From a virus: a DNA stretch of 64,000 bases. Both the position numbers and the translations under genes were made by a program. The stretch spans positions 32,001 through 96,000 of the IMG/VR virus record IMGVR_UViG_3300044972_000601. One strand, written 5' to 3'. Positions within the stretch are counted from its first letter, which is position 1; every line of letters begins with the position of its first letter. Below the pieces are notes generated by a model, which did no database searches, was not told where the DNA came from, and was given only the letters and a program-made list of their open reading frames with translations. Below are positions 18,828 through 28,909 of this stretch, piece by piece.

Positions 18828-20338
18828 TGCAACATTTTTACGATGGTCAAATACGTAGATATCTAACACAAACAATTCGGGTGTTCAGTAATTTTGTAGT
18901 CAAATACAGCGACGGTACACTAGTACGTATTCCGGTTATGTATGGTGATGCTGACAGACAAGTTGCCAGTATCATAAGGCAAAATAGTGAAAACAAAGTT
19001 AATAGTGTTCCTAGAATTTCTGTGTATATCGGCGAATTAAGTTTGGATCGTAATAGACTTAGCGATTCAAGTTTTGTAGGAAAAGTACACTTTAGAGAAC
19101 GTGGAATCCAAGTTGACACAGCAACTGGGAATGACACGTATAATCAAAGCCAGGGCCGTAATTATACTGTTGAACGTGTGATGCCAACTCCATTCAAACT
19201 GACAATGAAAGTAGATATATGGGCCGCCAATACTGACCAGAAATTACAAATCATGGAACAGCTATTGGTGTTGTTTAATCCTAGTTTGGAACTACAAACA
19301 ACTGACAATTACATTGATTGGACCAGTTTAACCACCTTAGAATTAACTGATGTAAAATGGGGCAGTAGAACTGTTCCAGTAGGAACTGATACTCCTATTG
19401 ACATAGCTACACTAACAGTAGTAACTCCAATTTGGATTAGTCCGCCTGCTAAAGTCAAACACCTTGGCGTTATTACCAAAATTATCACAAGTTTTTATCA
19501 AGATTCAAACACAAGCCCAAGTGGATACATAGATGGCCTAGGGCAAGATCTTGCTGGCCCAACAATAACATTATCAACAGAGCTGACAAGAATAACCGAA
19601 ACTACCAGCGGTAACTTTGGAATTCAAGTATACGGTGGCGAAGTTAGATTAATGGCTTCGAGTGAAAATGCAATACCTAAAAACAATCTTTTAGAATTGC
19701 CGGTTAAACAAGGGCCAGCTATCAATTGGCTAGTGCTGTTTGAACAATTTCCTCAGCAGTATGTTGCTGGTTCCAGTAGATTGTTTTTAACGCAGCCCAA
19801 CGGATCAAGTGTCATAGGTACTATATTGATCAACCCATTGGATAATACACTACTTAATGTGTCATGGGATACTGATACACTTACTACCAACACCGGCATA
19901 GATAGTAATGGATACTTGGATACTGATATTGGATACAATTTAGGCGGGTGTCACAGAGCCAGTAGTCCGGGCACGTTCGATGCCATCATGGACCCACTGG
20001 TTACTGGGCCCAGTGATGCAAAATTTGTTTCTCGATACGGTGCATTAGCAGCTGGTCGACGTTATTTAATAATAGAAGATATCGGCAGTGTGATCAATAC
20101 AGACGGTGCCGATGCTTGGAAAAGCACTGCAAATGTTGATTTTGTGGCACATGCCAACGATATTATCGAATGGAGTGGCACAGCATGGCAAGTAATTTTT
20201 AACAGCATTCAAGAAGCAGACACCATGGTATGGCAGACGAATATATACACTGGAGTTCAGTACGCATGGAACGGAGTTTCCTGGGTCAAGAGCTTTGAAG
20301 GTGAATATAAGGCCGGCCAATGGATGATAGAACTATAA
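18827..20338 (+). CDS. gp15: Tail sheath stabilizer/terminator (gp15-like) with C-terminal extension
   Basis: FYDGQIRRY...FSNF, RIPVMYG, PRISV, PTPFKL...VDIWA.NTDQKLQI.EQ...LFNP. Confidence 0.85.
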   Translation: MQHFYDGQIRRYLTQTIRVFSNFVVKYSDGTLVRIPVMYGDADRQVASIIRQNSENKVNSVPRISVYIGELSLDRNRLSDSSFVGKVHFRERGIQVDTATGNDTYNQSQGRNYTVERVMPTPFKLTMKVDIWAANTDQKLQIMEQLLVLFNPSLELQTTDNYIDWTSLTTLELTDVKWGSRTVPVGTDTPIDIATLTVVTPIWISPPAKVKHLGVITKIITSFYQDSNTSPSGYIDGLGQDLAGPTITLSTELTRITETTSGNFGIQVYGGEVRLMASSENAIPKNNLLELPVKQGPAINWLVLFEQFPQQYVAGSSRLFLTQPNGSSVIGTILINPLDNTLLNVSWDTDTLTTNTGIDSNGYLDTDIGYNLGGCHRASSPGTFDAIMDPLVTGPSDAKFVSRYGALAAGRRYLIIEDIGSVINTDGADAWKSTANVDFVAHANDIIEWSGTAWQVIFNSIQEADTMVWQTNIYTGVQYAWNGVSWVKSFEGEYKAGQWMIEL

Positions 20339-20769
20339 CAGAAAAAATCATATGCAGTGGTGCATTGTTTTGTGCCAAATCAACTCAAAGATTTTTATTA
20401 CTACAAAAAGCACACGGCAAACATGTAGGCACTTGGGGACTAGTGGGCGGTACTAATATATCTGGAGAATCTCCTTGGCAAGGTCTTCAGCGTGAAATTG
20501 AAGAAGAAATAGGAAAAGTTCCTTACATTAATAAAACGCTACCTTTAGAAAAATTCACCAGCAATGACAGTGTGTTTAACTTTCACACGTACTTCTGTGT
20601 TGTGGAAGAAGAATTTATTCCTATTCTAAGTGACGAACACAGTGCCTGGGGCTGGTTCAGCTTGGATCGGCTTCCTAAACCCGTACACCGAGGACTCGAT
20701 TTAAGTCTGCGTAATCGAGTCATTCAAACCAAAATACAAACTGTGATAGATTTAATAGATAACTTATAA
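20320..20769 (+). CDS. Nudix hydrolase
   Basis: Nudix box G-TNISG-E-SPWQGLQ-REIEEEIG; LSDEH..WGW. Confidence 0.9.
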   Translation: MDDRTITEKIICSGALFCAKSTQRFLLLQKAHGKHVGTWGLVGGTNISGESPWQGLQREIEEEIGKVPYINKTLPLEKFTSNDSVFNFHTYFCVVEEEFIPILSDEHSAWGWFSLDRLPKPVHRGLDLSLRNRVIQTKIQTVIDLIDNL

Positions 20770-20771
20770 AA

Positions 20772-20800
20772 CAAAAAAGCCGCATCAAGCGGCTTTTTTG
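20772..20800. terminator. Bidirectional intrinsic terminator between convergent genes
   Basis: CAAAAAAGCCGC-ATCAA-GCGGCTTTTTTG. Confidence 0.9.
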
Positions 20801-20816
20801 TTGGGTACTGTTTGAA

Positions 20817-23800
20817 TTAAGCCTGCGCTTCACTCCAACGCAACACCAAGTTACAAGGAATAGTTCCTGAACCTGAAGCACGATAGATATTAATAGCCAA
20901 CACGTCTGGACCATTTGGATATGTGCCTCGACCACCCAATGTGGTATTTGTAAGTTCTTTCAACGGACTTAGATTCAGTGAATTGGTAGAACCTGGGGCA
21001 GCAATAAACGAGAAAATCTGCTCGCCTGGTTGTGCGTATGGGGGTTGTCCAAACTTGAATGTTACTGTGGTTGAACCAGCGGTAATTGTTGTAGTATCCG
21101 ATGTCTGGTTAAACGTCACACGATAATACTGTGTTGCAAAATACGTGGACAAGGTCACTGATGAAACAAACGTACCACCTGGAAAAATACCGCCAACGTT
21201 GACTTCAGTACCTGTGGTAGCAGAAGTTGCTTCCCAGCTTGCTTTGGTGAAGAATATTAGTGAAGTTCTTGTAAGAGGATAGCTGATTGTCGATGTTAAT
21301 GTTGTGGCACCAGCAGTTGAACCGCTTGGGTTTTTACTCAATGTTATGTAGTAGTATTGTGTACCACTGAAACTGCCCCAGAAGTTTATTGAGTTAATAA
21401 CAGTACCAGATTGTATGTTTGATCCTGTAATAGGTTGCCCAGTTTGTAGCCCAGCTGCAATATATGTTGAGTAATTGGCTGCTGTTATAAACAAGTACGG
21501 ATACCCGCTAAGAACGGAATTACTGTTACCAGGAATTAGTTCAATGCTAAGTGTTCCAGTTGGAAACGCCACTGACGTAATAGAACTTGTGGTCTGCGTT
21601 GCACCGCTGGCCCAAACAATACCACCGCCACTTGCTACTTGTGAGAAACTGGGCAATCCGCCAGCTCCTGCACCTTGTAATCCGTTCCATGCCACGTCAG
21701 AAACGTTGAGTGGATAATTTTGTGGATTCAGCACACCTTCAATAACAATACCACCCGTGTATGGAGTTGTGCCGGTGTAACCGTCGGACGTAATTTCAAG
21801 AGCTTGTAATAACAATTGAGCACGGTTAATCAGTTCTCTATCACCCAAGTCGCCAATAAGAGCATTGCTCACGCTGGGTGCCAGTCGAATCATGAAAGCT
21901 GTTTGTTTAGTTGTTGATACCAACAAGTTTGTGGCTTGATAGTTGAACAAATATCCACGGTCTTGGTCAAATCCACCGTCTTGAATATAAGCACTACCCC
22001 AGTGACTGATGTTTGGAGTTGCTGTGGCAGCAACTTGCAATACACCTTCATACTTGGCATGCGTTGCGGCAACACCTGCACTGTATGCTCTTGCAGAACC
22101 TGCAACAAAGTGAGTGAATGTTGTGGCACGAACTGCACCTGTCAAGTTGCCTGCATTAACACTGGCACTTTTGCCAGTGTATCTAATTAGTTCGTTGTCA
22201 ATGTACACAGTGCCAGCTGTTGGGAAATATGTCAAATCAGATACTGGAATAGTTGTTTGACTGTCAGTCATTGCTTCTGTCAACACACTCTTTGCACCTT
22301 CGTTGATGACTTCATAACGAACTGGGCTGTTACCTGAACGTTGATAAGCTTCTCTATTTAAATTGTTACCACGCAATCTATGCACAGTGATGTATCGTCC
22401 ATCAGGGCCACGCATCATCCAGTCACAGAAACCAGCACCATACCATGTCCACTGCAAGCCAATCATCTGCATCTTGCCCACATCAATGTTAAAACCGCTG
22501 GGGTTATGCACTCCGCCAGTGCCGTCACAGCGATCCACATTCCATTCTCTTTGCGGAACAGTGTAGTCAACCACACGAGCCATCTTGATACCAGATGCGG
22601 TGTTAACACCGCGATAGTCTGGAGTAACTGTGATTTGTGTATCGCTGTTAACTTGGCTGACCACGTGAGTCATACCACGAACAACCACACGGTCACCTGC
22701 TGCCAACTGGGCAATAAAGCGAGTGTTGGTTCCAGTAAGAATATTGCTATCTGGAGAGACTGCAATAGTTCCAGATACTTGGAATGTGCTGGAACGACGT
22801 CCAATTGCCAATGTCTGGCCATCGTATTGCCAGTAAGGTCCGTTTTGGTCGTCAAATGTGCCTGCACGAACAATCGCACCAGTCCAGTTTTTAACCACCA
22901 TGAAACTTGGTCCGGCCAAATCTGTAGTTGTTGCGCCTAGTGTTTGGGTGGCCAGTACTGTCAATGTTCTTTCATCCACAATACTGGTAACTGTGTATGA
23001 GCCATCATAGCCCGAGGTAAGTACTCCGTGAAGTTCTATACCTGCGCCAATCTGACATGAATGATCCACGTCATCTGTGATAATAGTAATAATGCTGCCA
23101 ACAGTTGTACCAGATGCAGTTACACTTCTGATGTCATAGTTAGGAGCAAACAATGCGCCTGTGTTGTAGTTAATGGCTTTACCAGATTGATAACGAATAT
23201 ATTTCTTGCTCATACGAATTGCATGACTACCGTAGCTTGGACTTCCTGTGCTTAGAATAACACCGCCATCCAATGGACGATGTAAGAAATAAGCATCAGG
23301 ACGAGCGTAAATTATACCACCAATTGTGCCTGTGATAACCACAGCACTTCTGGCGGTATATGTAAGTGTTGTCAATGTTGGAACTGTTTCAACAAAAAAC
23401 GGGCCGCCGGCAAATTTGTGATTCAGTGTGTCGCCTGAGTCACTAGTAGTTGATACTATAATTGTGTCGCCAGGTAAAAAGCCGTGGGCAGCTGGAAATG
23501 TAACAGTGATCACAGGAGTTGCGGCTGCACTGTATGTGAACTGTGGAGCACTTACTTGTGACCCAGTATAAAAACCACCCTTACGTAGTTGAATAATTGG
23601 GCTGAATAAATTGTCGCCGTTTGTAACACCAACTTGTGCCTTAGCATAATAGGTAAAAGTAGTTGTTGTAGGCACACTAAAAATAATAAAACTTCCTTCA
23701 GCACGACTAAAACCAGTAATGGCAGTGTTGAAACCTTTAATTGTGACGGGCTGACCAACTGTATATCCGTGAACGCTGGATGTTGTGATGGTAATTAAAC

Positions 23801-24323
23801 TTTCGCCTGTTGCAGCATTTGTTACAGCCGCACTAACGTTTGCATCAGAACCTGGAAGTTCGTAAATACTTGGATAACCACGCATCAAACTAACTGCTTG
23901 CCACTTGGTAGGTTGTAATCCGTATTCAAAGTCAGCGTCCAGCATGGACAAGGGCTGTGATACACGAGTACGTTCAAACGCATCTGTACCAACTTCTGGC
24001 AAACGTACATCTGTCCAGGGTTTTTCGTAGAATATTTGAAGTGTATCGTTAGCGTTATGACTAGCGGTATTAACTTGTAATGTAATAGTGGTAATGCCGT
24101 CAGTGCTGTCTAATGCATGTGGAAAGTCCGTACTATTTGCTCTGCTAAAACTGATTGCTGTGCTAGCGTTTGTTGTGTCTGCAAAGTTATAAAGAATAAC
24201 GTTGCGGGTGGTGTTTGTAATAATCAACAACTGATTAAGGTCAAGTTTACCCGGAACTTTAATAGTACCTACGCCAGCGACACCTGGGGTAAAAACGTAG
24301 CTTCTAATCTGACTTTTGGCCAT
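20817..24323 (-). CDS. Large virion structural/fibre protein
   Basis: 1168 aa, Thr/Gly-rich, with three repeats of IT(I/V)T....HG...G..I.I; preceded by GCTAAATA (24352-59) and GGAG. Confidence 0.7.
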   Translation of the reverse strand: MAKSQIRSYVFTPGVAGVGTIKVPGKLDLNQLLIITNTTRNVILYNFADTTNASTAISFSRANSTDFPHALDSTDGITTITLQVNTASHNANDTLQIFYEKPWTDVRLPEVGTDAFERTRVSQPLSMLDADFEYGLQPTKWQAVSLMRGYPSIYELPGSDANVSAAVTNAATGESLITITTSSVHGYTVGQPVTIKGFNTAITGFSRAEGSFIIFSVPTTTTFTYYAKAQVGVTNGDNLFSPIIQLRKGGFYTGSQVSAPQFTYSAAATPVITVTFPAAHGFLPGDTIIVSTTSDSGDTLNHKFAGGPFFVETVPTLTTLTYTARSAVVITGTIGGIIYARPDAYFLHRPLDGGVILSTGSPSYGSHAIRMSKKYIRYQSGKAINYNTGALFAPNYDIRSVTASGTTVGSIITIITDDVDHSCQIGAGIELHGVLTSGYDGSYTVTSIVDERTLTVLATQTLGATTTDLAGPSFMVVKNWTGAIVRAGTFDDQNGPYWQYDGQTLAIGRRSSTFQVSGTIAVSPDSNILTGTNTRFIAQLAAGDRVVVRGMTHVVSQVNSDTQITVTPDYRGVNTASGIKMARVVDYTVPQREWNVDRCDGTGGVHNPSGFNIDVGKMQMIGLQWTWYGAGFCDWMMRGPDGRYITVHRLRGNNLNREAYQRSGNSPVRYEVINEGAKSVLTEAMTDSQTTIPVSDLTYFPTAGTVYIDNELIRYTGKSASVNAGNLTGAVRATTFTHFVAGSARAYSAGVAATHAKYEGVLQVAATATPNISHWGSAYIQDGGFDQDRGYLFNYQATNLLVSTTKQTAFMIRLAPSVSNALIGDLGDRELINRAQLLLQALEITSDGYTGTTPYTGGIVIEGVLNPQNYPLNVSDVAWNGLQGAGAGGLPSFSQVASGGGIVWASGATQTTSSITSVAFPTGTLSIELIPGNSNSVLSGYPYLFITAANYSTYIAAGLQTGQPITGSNIQSGTVINSINFWGSFSGTQYYYITLSKNPSGSTAGATTLTSTISYPLTRTSLIFFTKASWEATSATTGTEVNVGGIFPGGTFVSSVTLSTYFATQYYRVTFNQTSDTTTITAGSTTVTFKFGQPPYAQPGEQIFSFIAAPGSTNSLNLSPLKELTNTTLGGRGTYPNGPDVLAINIYRASGSGTIPCNLVLRWSEAQA

Positions 24324-24391
24324 TTATGACTTCTCCAAATATTATTAATGTTATTTAGCTTAAATTATTGTTGCTAGTGCTGATTTGTAAT

Positions 24392-24856
24392 TTAAAAGTT
24401 TTTGATGTCAATTGCATCAATTGCTTCGCGTGTTGTACACGCCAATACTTCAGCTTCTAACGCATTATTTGCATCTCGTATTGCTTGCCTAGCTTGTAAC
24501 ACTTCAAGTACTCGAGAAGTTGTATTTTCAAGCTGATCTTGTTCTTTGGCTCTTTCTAGTTGCCAGTCCAGGGCCATTATCTTTTCAGCAGCCTTAGCCT
24601 TGATCTGCGGAATTCTGGATTCTTTATATTTTTGCAAAGAATCCGCTTCTTTAGCTGAGTTGTATTCTGTAACTTGTTGATCCAATGTTTTGCCTGGCAT
24701 TGTGTGTACAACTACGCCGTCAATCAACTTCAAGGTGGCCAACAATTCTGTTGCTGGATTGTATGGATATGCATAGCTGGTGGTGTGTGCGTCTGACTCA
24801 GCATCGAAAAAATTAGTTGCTTCGTTAGTCAGCGGGTCGAATGTGAGATATTTCAT
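24392..24856 (-). CDS. Tail-fibre assembly chaperone-like protein
   Basis: C-terminal DWQLERAKE...RQAIRD..N..EAEVLA pattern resembles Tfa-type chaperones; follows fibre-tip genes. Confidence 0.55.
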   Translation of the reverse strand: MKYLTFDPLTNEATNFFDAESDAHTTSYAYPYNPATELLATLKLIDGVVVHTMPGKTLDQQVTEYNSAKEADSLQKYKESRIPQIKAKAAEKIMALDWQLERAKEQDQLENTTSRVLEVLQARQAIRDANNALEAEVLACTTREAIDAIDIKNF

Positions 24857-24868
24857 AATTGTCCTGTT

Positions 24869-26266
24869 TTATAAATCATTGAATGGTTTTGTGTCGTACA
24901 TTAACGGCACAATACACGGATAGTCTGTACTGTTGTAGTTACTGCCAATAATTTCAGTGGCTTGAGTTCGTACCATATTGGCCCTAGCAGAATCAGCAGT
25001 GGTGTTCATCAACCAATCACTGGCAATGTGCTGGAAATACAGGCCTGCTCCGCCGTTTGCATTTGCACCGTTTTGACACATGAAATCGCTTTTGCCAATT
25101 GGTGTAAACTGATAGCCACGACTATTGGGATGTTCAAAATCATAAATTGTTTTGCCATCACTTACTCGGATCAATGCACAGTAAATTCCAGCTTGGTAGT
25201 AGTAACTTGCACAGTACGCCATGACATATCTGCCGTCTGAACTGACTACAAATCTAATACCATAATTCACACCTTGGTCAATGCCATAGCTGGTGGTATT
25301 ACTTTGACTTACAATTGCACCTTCTGCTAAGCCAGTTGTTCCCCATCGGTGTACCCAAAATCCATAACTAGGTATCATGTTAACAAAAACAATTTTTCCA
25401 TTGTCGCACATCACAGGAATGCCCCGGTAGTTGTCTTCGGTTCCGTTATTAGTTGGGACTCCAGTACTTGCCGCATACGCAGTACTGTAGTTTGCCGCAG
25501 TGTTAAAATATGTGTACAGATTGCTGGAAGTGGCTTGTGTAAAGGCTGCTAATTGCTCAGTGGTTCCAAAAAATTCTCTATTCGAGTACTGACTTAATCT
25601 TGGTACATTGTTGTAAACCACAGGTTTGTGAACATAACTACCGTTGCTTTCTATAATGCACAGCTGATTTGTTTTGGCATTGTAGCTGACGCGACCGTAT
25701 CTAGTATTACTATATCCTGCATTTTTAGTAGTAACTGTGACATAGCCTTTGCCTAAACTAAATCTCTGAAAGCCGTACCAAGTTGCACTTCTTGGCCCAA
25801 CAGAAATTTCAGCACTGTTATTAAAAATAGCATACACTTGATCTGATTCGTTGACCACTGTGCCTACATCTCTAAAGGCTTGGCCACGTCGAGTCAATTC
25901 AGTACTTTCTCTAATAAGATCGCCGGCAAACCCTGAGCCCATGGCATGGCTCAGATTGCCTAAAAATCCTGCACTTGGTGCACCTTGACTGTAACAATCC
26001 GATGTGCCGCCCGGTTGACTACTGGTTAGCGCATATCTACTTCCATAGTATTCTTCACTACTAGGTGCTCCTGTGCTACTCATGGTTGCACCACCACCAC
26101 CACGATTACTATTATTCAACATGAATCTACCTACGCAATTATAGTTATGATCATATATGGAGTAGCCGCCATTTGCACTTTGATTTGACCACACTGCAAA
26201 CGCTGCCTGCAAGTATGCATTGCTTGGTGTGTAATTTGTTAAAGTATTGCCTAATAAGGTTGGCAT
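24869..26266 (-). CDS. Putative receptor-binding/fibre-tip protein, paralog B
   Basis: Co-linear with 26290..27696 (shared TNNGTEDNYRGIPVMCDN, VSSDGRYV, TPIGKSDF, STDYP); rich in Tyr/Asn/Ser/Gly. Confidence 0.55.
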   Translation of the reverse strand: MPTLLGNTLTNYTPSNAYLQAAFAVWSNQSANGGYSIYDHNYNCVGRFMLNNSNRGGGGATMSSTGAPSSEEYYGSRYALTSSQPGGTSDCYSQGAPSAGFLGNLSHAMGSGFAGDLIRESTELTRRGQAFRDVGTVVNESDQVYAIFNNSAEISVGPRSATWYGFQRFSLGKGYVTVTTKNAGYSNTRYGRVSYNAKTNQLCIIESNGSYVHKPVVYNNVPRLSQYSNREFFGTTEQLAAFTQATSSNLYTYFNTAANYSTAYAASTGVPTNNGTEDNYRGIPVMCDNGKIVFVNMIPSYGFWVHRWGTTGLAEGAIVSQSNTTSYGIDQGVNYGIRFVVSSDGRYVMAYCASYYYQAGIYCALIRVSDGKTIYDFEHPNSRGYQFTPIGKSDFMCQNGANANGGAGLYFQHIASDWLMNTTADSARANMVRTQATEIIGSNYNSTDYPCIVPLMYDTKPFNDL

Positions 26267-26289
26267 TTTATCGATTCCTTGGATTCATA

Positions 26290-27696
26290 TTATGCATTAA
26301 TATTGAACAATGCAGTATCATATTGTACAGATGCAAACGCTGGATAATCAGTTGAGTAAAAATTACTGTGCATAAATCCAGGAAGATAAGTTCTGCATAT
26401 GTTTGCCTGGGCAAGATCCGCTGTTTCATTCATTATGGAATCACTCGAAATACTTTGATGGTGTATGCCAGCTCCGCTATCGGCATTGACATTTTCTAAC
26501 CTCACAAAATCACTCTTGCCAATTGGGGTGTAAAAATTCGCATAACTGCCACCATTACTTTCATCCCATACAGTTTTGCCATCGCTGACTCTCACTAGGA
26601 ATACTTTAGTGCCCGAACCATAATAATTGTACGGGCAATGTACCAACACATATCTGCCATCTGACGACACTTGATGTCTAATACCATATCTAAATCCCTG
26701 ATCAGTTCCGTAACTAGTAGTCAAACTTCTATTAATCAATGCACCGGTATGAGTACCATCTGCATTCCACCTGCTCATCCAAACATTATTACTAGGAATC
26801 ATCTGTATCCATACTATTTTATCATTGTCACACATCACAGGTATGCCTCGATAGTTATCTTCAGTGCCGTTGTTTGTGGGCTTACCAGTGGCTGCTACAT
26901 ATGTTGTGCTGTAATTGGCTGCGGTATTAAAAAAGTTGTACACTGGGCCAGTAGTGCCGGCGGCATATGCGGCAGACTGCTCTGCAACTCCTCTAAACAA
27001 AGACGGTGCATAATATCTAAGATTAGGCACTGCATTATACACAGTAGGTCTAGCACCGTATGAATCGTTGACTTCAATGATGCAGACTTTTTTAGTTTTT
27101 ACGTTATAGCTGATACGCCCTTGAATACTATTTAAATTATAACCAGATTGTTTGGCAGTGACTGTGGTGTAATTCTGAGTATTGACGACTCGCTGATGCA
27201 CGTACCAATTCATACTGCGTTGGCCAATTCTTAAATAACCGCTAGTCGACATGAAAATTGCATAGTCTTGATTGGTTTCATTTACTATAACTCCACAATC
27301 TGCAAGACCACGGGCACGTTGTTCATACCCAGATGACCCCATGATGTCTCCGCAGGCATTTGACCCTTGAGTGAAGCCTATTGACAATAAGCAGTTACCA
27401 AGATAATTATTAAACTGCGACTGTGCATACGTATCATTGTTACCAGTGGTGGTGCTGGTTCGGGTGAATGCACTGGCAGAATATGAGTCAGTCATTTCGT
27501 TTGCTGAAGTAGAAGTCATTGCACCTCCGCCGTTGACGTTGCTGTCATTCAGCATGAATCTACCAATGCAGTGAAAATTGTGATCATATATGGACCAGCC
27601 GCCTTGACTGCCGTTGTTGCTCCAGCAGGCAAATGCAGGTTGCTTGTACGCTTGACCTGGAACATTCCCACCTACAAAATTAGATAATAACGCCAT
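26290..27696 (-). CDS. Putative receptor-binding/fibre-tip protein, paralog A
   Basis: Co-linear paralog of 24869..26266; follows a fibre gene carrying an adaptor-like C-terminal domain. Confidence 0.55.
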   Translation of the reverse strand: MALLSNFVGGNVPGQAYKQPAFACWSNNGSQGGWSIYDHNFHCIGRFMLNDSNVNGGGAMTSTSANEMTDSYSASAFTRTSTTTGNNDTYAQSQFNNYLGNCLLSIGFTQGSNACGDIMGSSGYEQRARGLADCGVIVNETNQDYAIFMSTSGYLRIGQRSMNWYVHQRVVNTQNYTTVTAKQSGYNLNSIQGRISYNVKTKKVCIIEVNDSYGARPTVYNAVPNLRYYAPSLFRGVAEQSAAYAAGTTGPVYNFFNTAANYSTTYVAATGKPTNNGTEDNYRGIPVMCDNDKIVWIQMIPSNNVWMSRWNADGTHTGALINRSLTTSYGTDQGFRYGIRHQVSSDGRYVLVHCPYNYYGSGTKVFLVRVSDGKTVWDESNGGSYANFYTPIGKSDFVRLENVNADSGAGIHHQSISSDSIMNETADLAQANICRTYLPGFMHSNFYSTDYPAFASVQYDTALFNINA

Positions 27697-27705
27697 TTAT
27701 TTCCC

Positions 27706-28899
27706 TTATACCAATTTCCAACCGTAAGTTACGCCTGAATACACCAGTGCAACGCTTACGTTTTTTATGTTTAAAATTAAATCTTCTGTTAACCCCATAA
27801 TCAAACTGGCGTTTCTTGCAACAGTTAAATTGTTACGGTCAAATGTTCCAGCCAAATCAGCAATGTATATGGTTGCATTAGTTGCAGGTGTTGCTGGCAA
27901 TGTCAAGGTAAATGCAGATGTGGCAGTATTGGCAAAATATTTTGCACCTGCCACTGCGGTTGTTGCGGTTGTGATAGTAGACCAAGCGCCGCCGCCTGAA
28001 GCATCCACATAACCTTTTGTTGCAGCTTGTAAATCAGTAGTTGGGTTGCCAGCTAGATACACTGCGGCGCCAAAATAACTGACACCGTTGACTCCTATAC
28101 CGCCAGCCACTGTAACTGCTCCAGTTGTTGCACTGCTGGATGCGGTAACATCAGTGGATATTAAAGTTGTAAATTTTCCAGAACTTGCTGTGGCACTGCC
28201 AATTGCAGGAGGACTTGCCAAGTAACTGCTAAAACCAGTGCCACTTATACTGGTGGCAGATAATGAGGTAAATGCTCCTGATAATGCCGTTGTTGCACCA
28301 ATGGTGACATTGTTAATTGTGCCGGCAGTTGCTGGATTAATGGTAACTGTGCCAGTACCAAGCGGGCTCAGTGTCACTGTTTGATTGGTAGATACCGCTG
28401 ATAGCTGGCCTAAAAACGTAGTAAGCTGTCCAGCTGTTCCGAGTGTTAGTGTACTGGTAGGGCTTATAGTGGCCAATCCTGTTGGACTGATTGTTACATT
28501 ACCGGTTGGACTTAAAGTCACTGTGCTGGTTGTGGTCAGTGTAGTAAATCTACCAGCGGCTGCTGTTGTTACACCTATACTTACATTGTTTAATGTGCCA
28601 GTCGAAGTTGGACTTAAACTAAAAGAATTCAACGTTAAATTTAAATTTCCAGAAATGTTAACAGTTCCGTCAACAGTTAGTCCGTCCAATGTTCCTGCAA
28701 TATGTGTTACACTTGGTCCTAGTGTGGTAGGAGTCAGTAACTCATCGCCGTTGTAACCTAAATACGATCCAGTAGTAAGTTCAATTTTAGTACCAGTCAC
28801 AGTGATAGTATTTGTGACCAAGTTTCCTTGCACATCTACAACAAAATAAGGGCTAACGTAGCCGTGTGCTGATCTAAATAATTTAGAAACTGTAGTCAT
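27706..28899 (-). CDS. Tail fibre shaft protein with C-terminal adaptor domain
   Basis: LSP.GTG.VTINPAT.GTINNV.IG repeats; P.TDLQAATKGYVD; C-terminal YFANT...FTLTLPATP...IADLAGTF..NNLTVARN...LVYSG..YGWK. Confidence 0.7.
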   Translation of the reverse strand: MTTVSKLFRSAHGYVSPYFVVDVQGNLVTNTITVTGTKIELTTGSYLGYNGDELLTPTTLGPSVTHIAGTLDGLTVDGTVNISGNLNLTLNSFSLSPTSTGTLNNVSIGVTTAAAGRFTTLTTTSTVTLSPTGNVTISPTGLATISPTSTLTLGTAGQLTTFLGQLSAVSTNQTVTLSPLGTGTVTINPATAGTINNVTIGATTALSGAFTSLSATSISGTGFSSYLASPPAIGSATASSGKFTTLISTDVTASSSATTGAVTVAGGIGVNGVSYFGAAVYLAGNPTTDLQAATKGYVDASGGGAWSTITTATTAVAGAKYFANTATSAFTLTLPATPATNATIYIADLAGTFDRNNLTVARNASLIMGLTEDLILNIKNVSVALVYSGVTYGWKLV

Positions 28900-28909
28900 A
28901 TGTTTTCCG

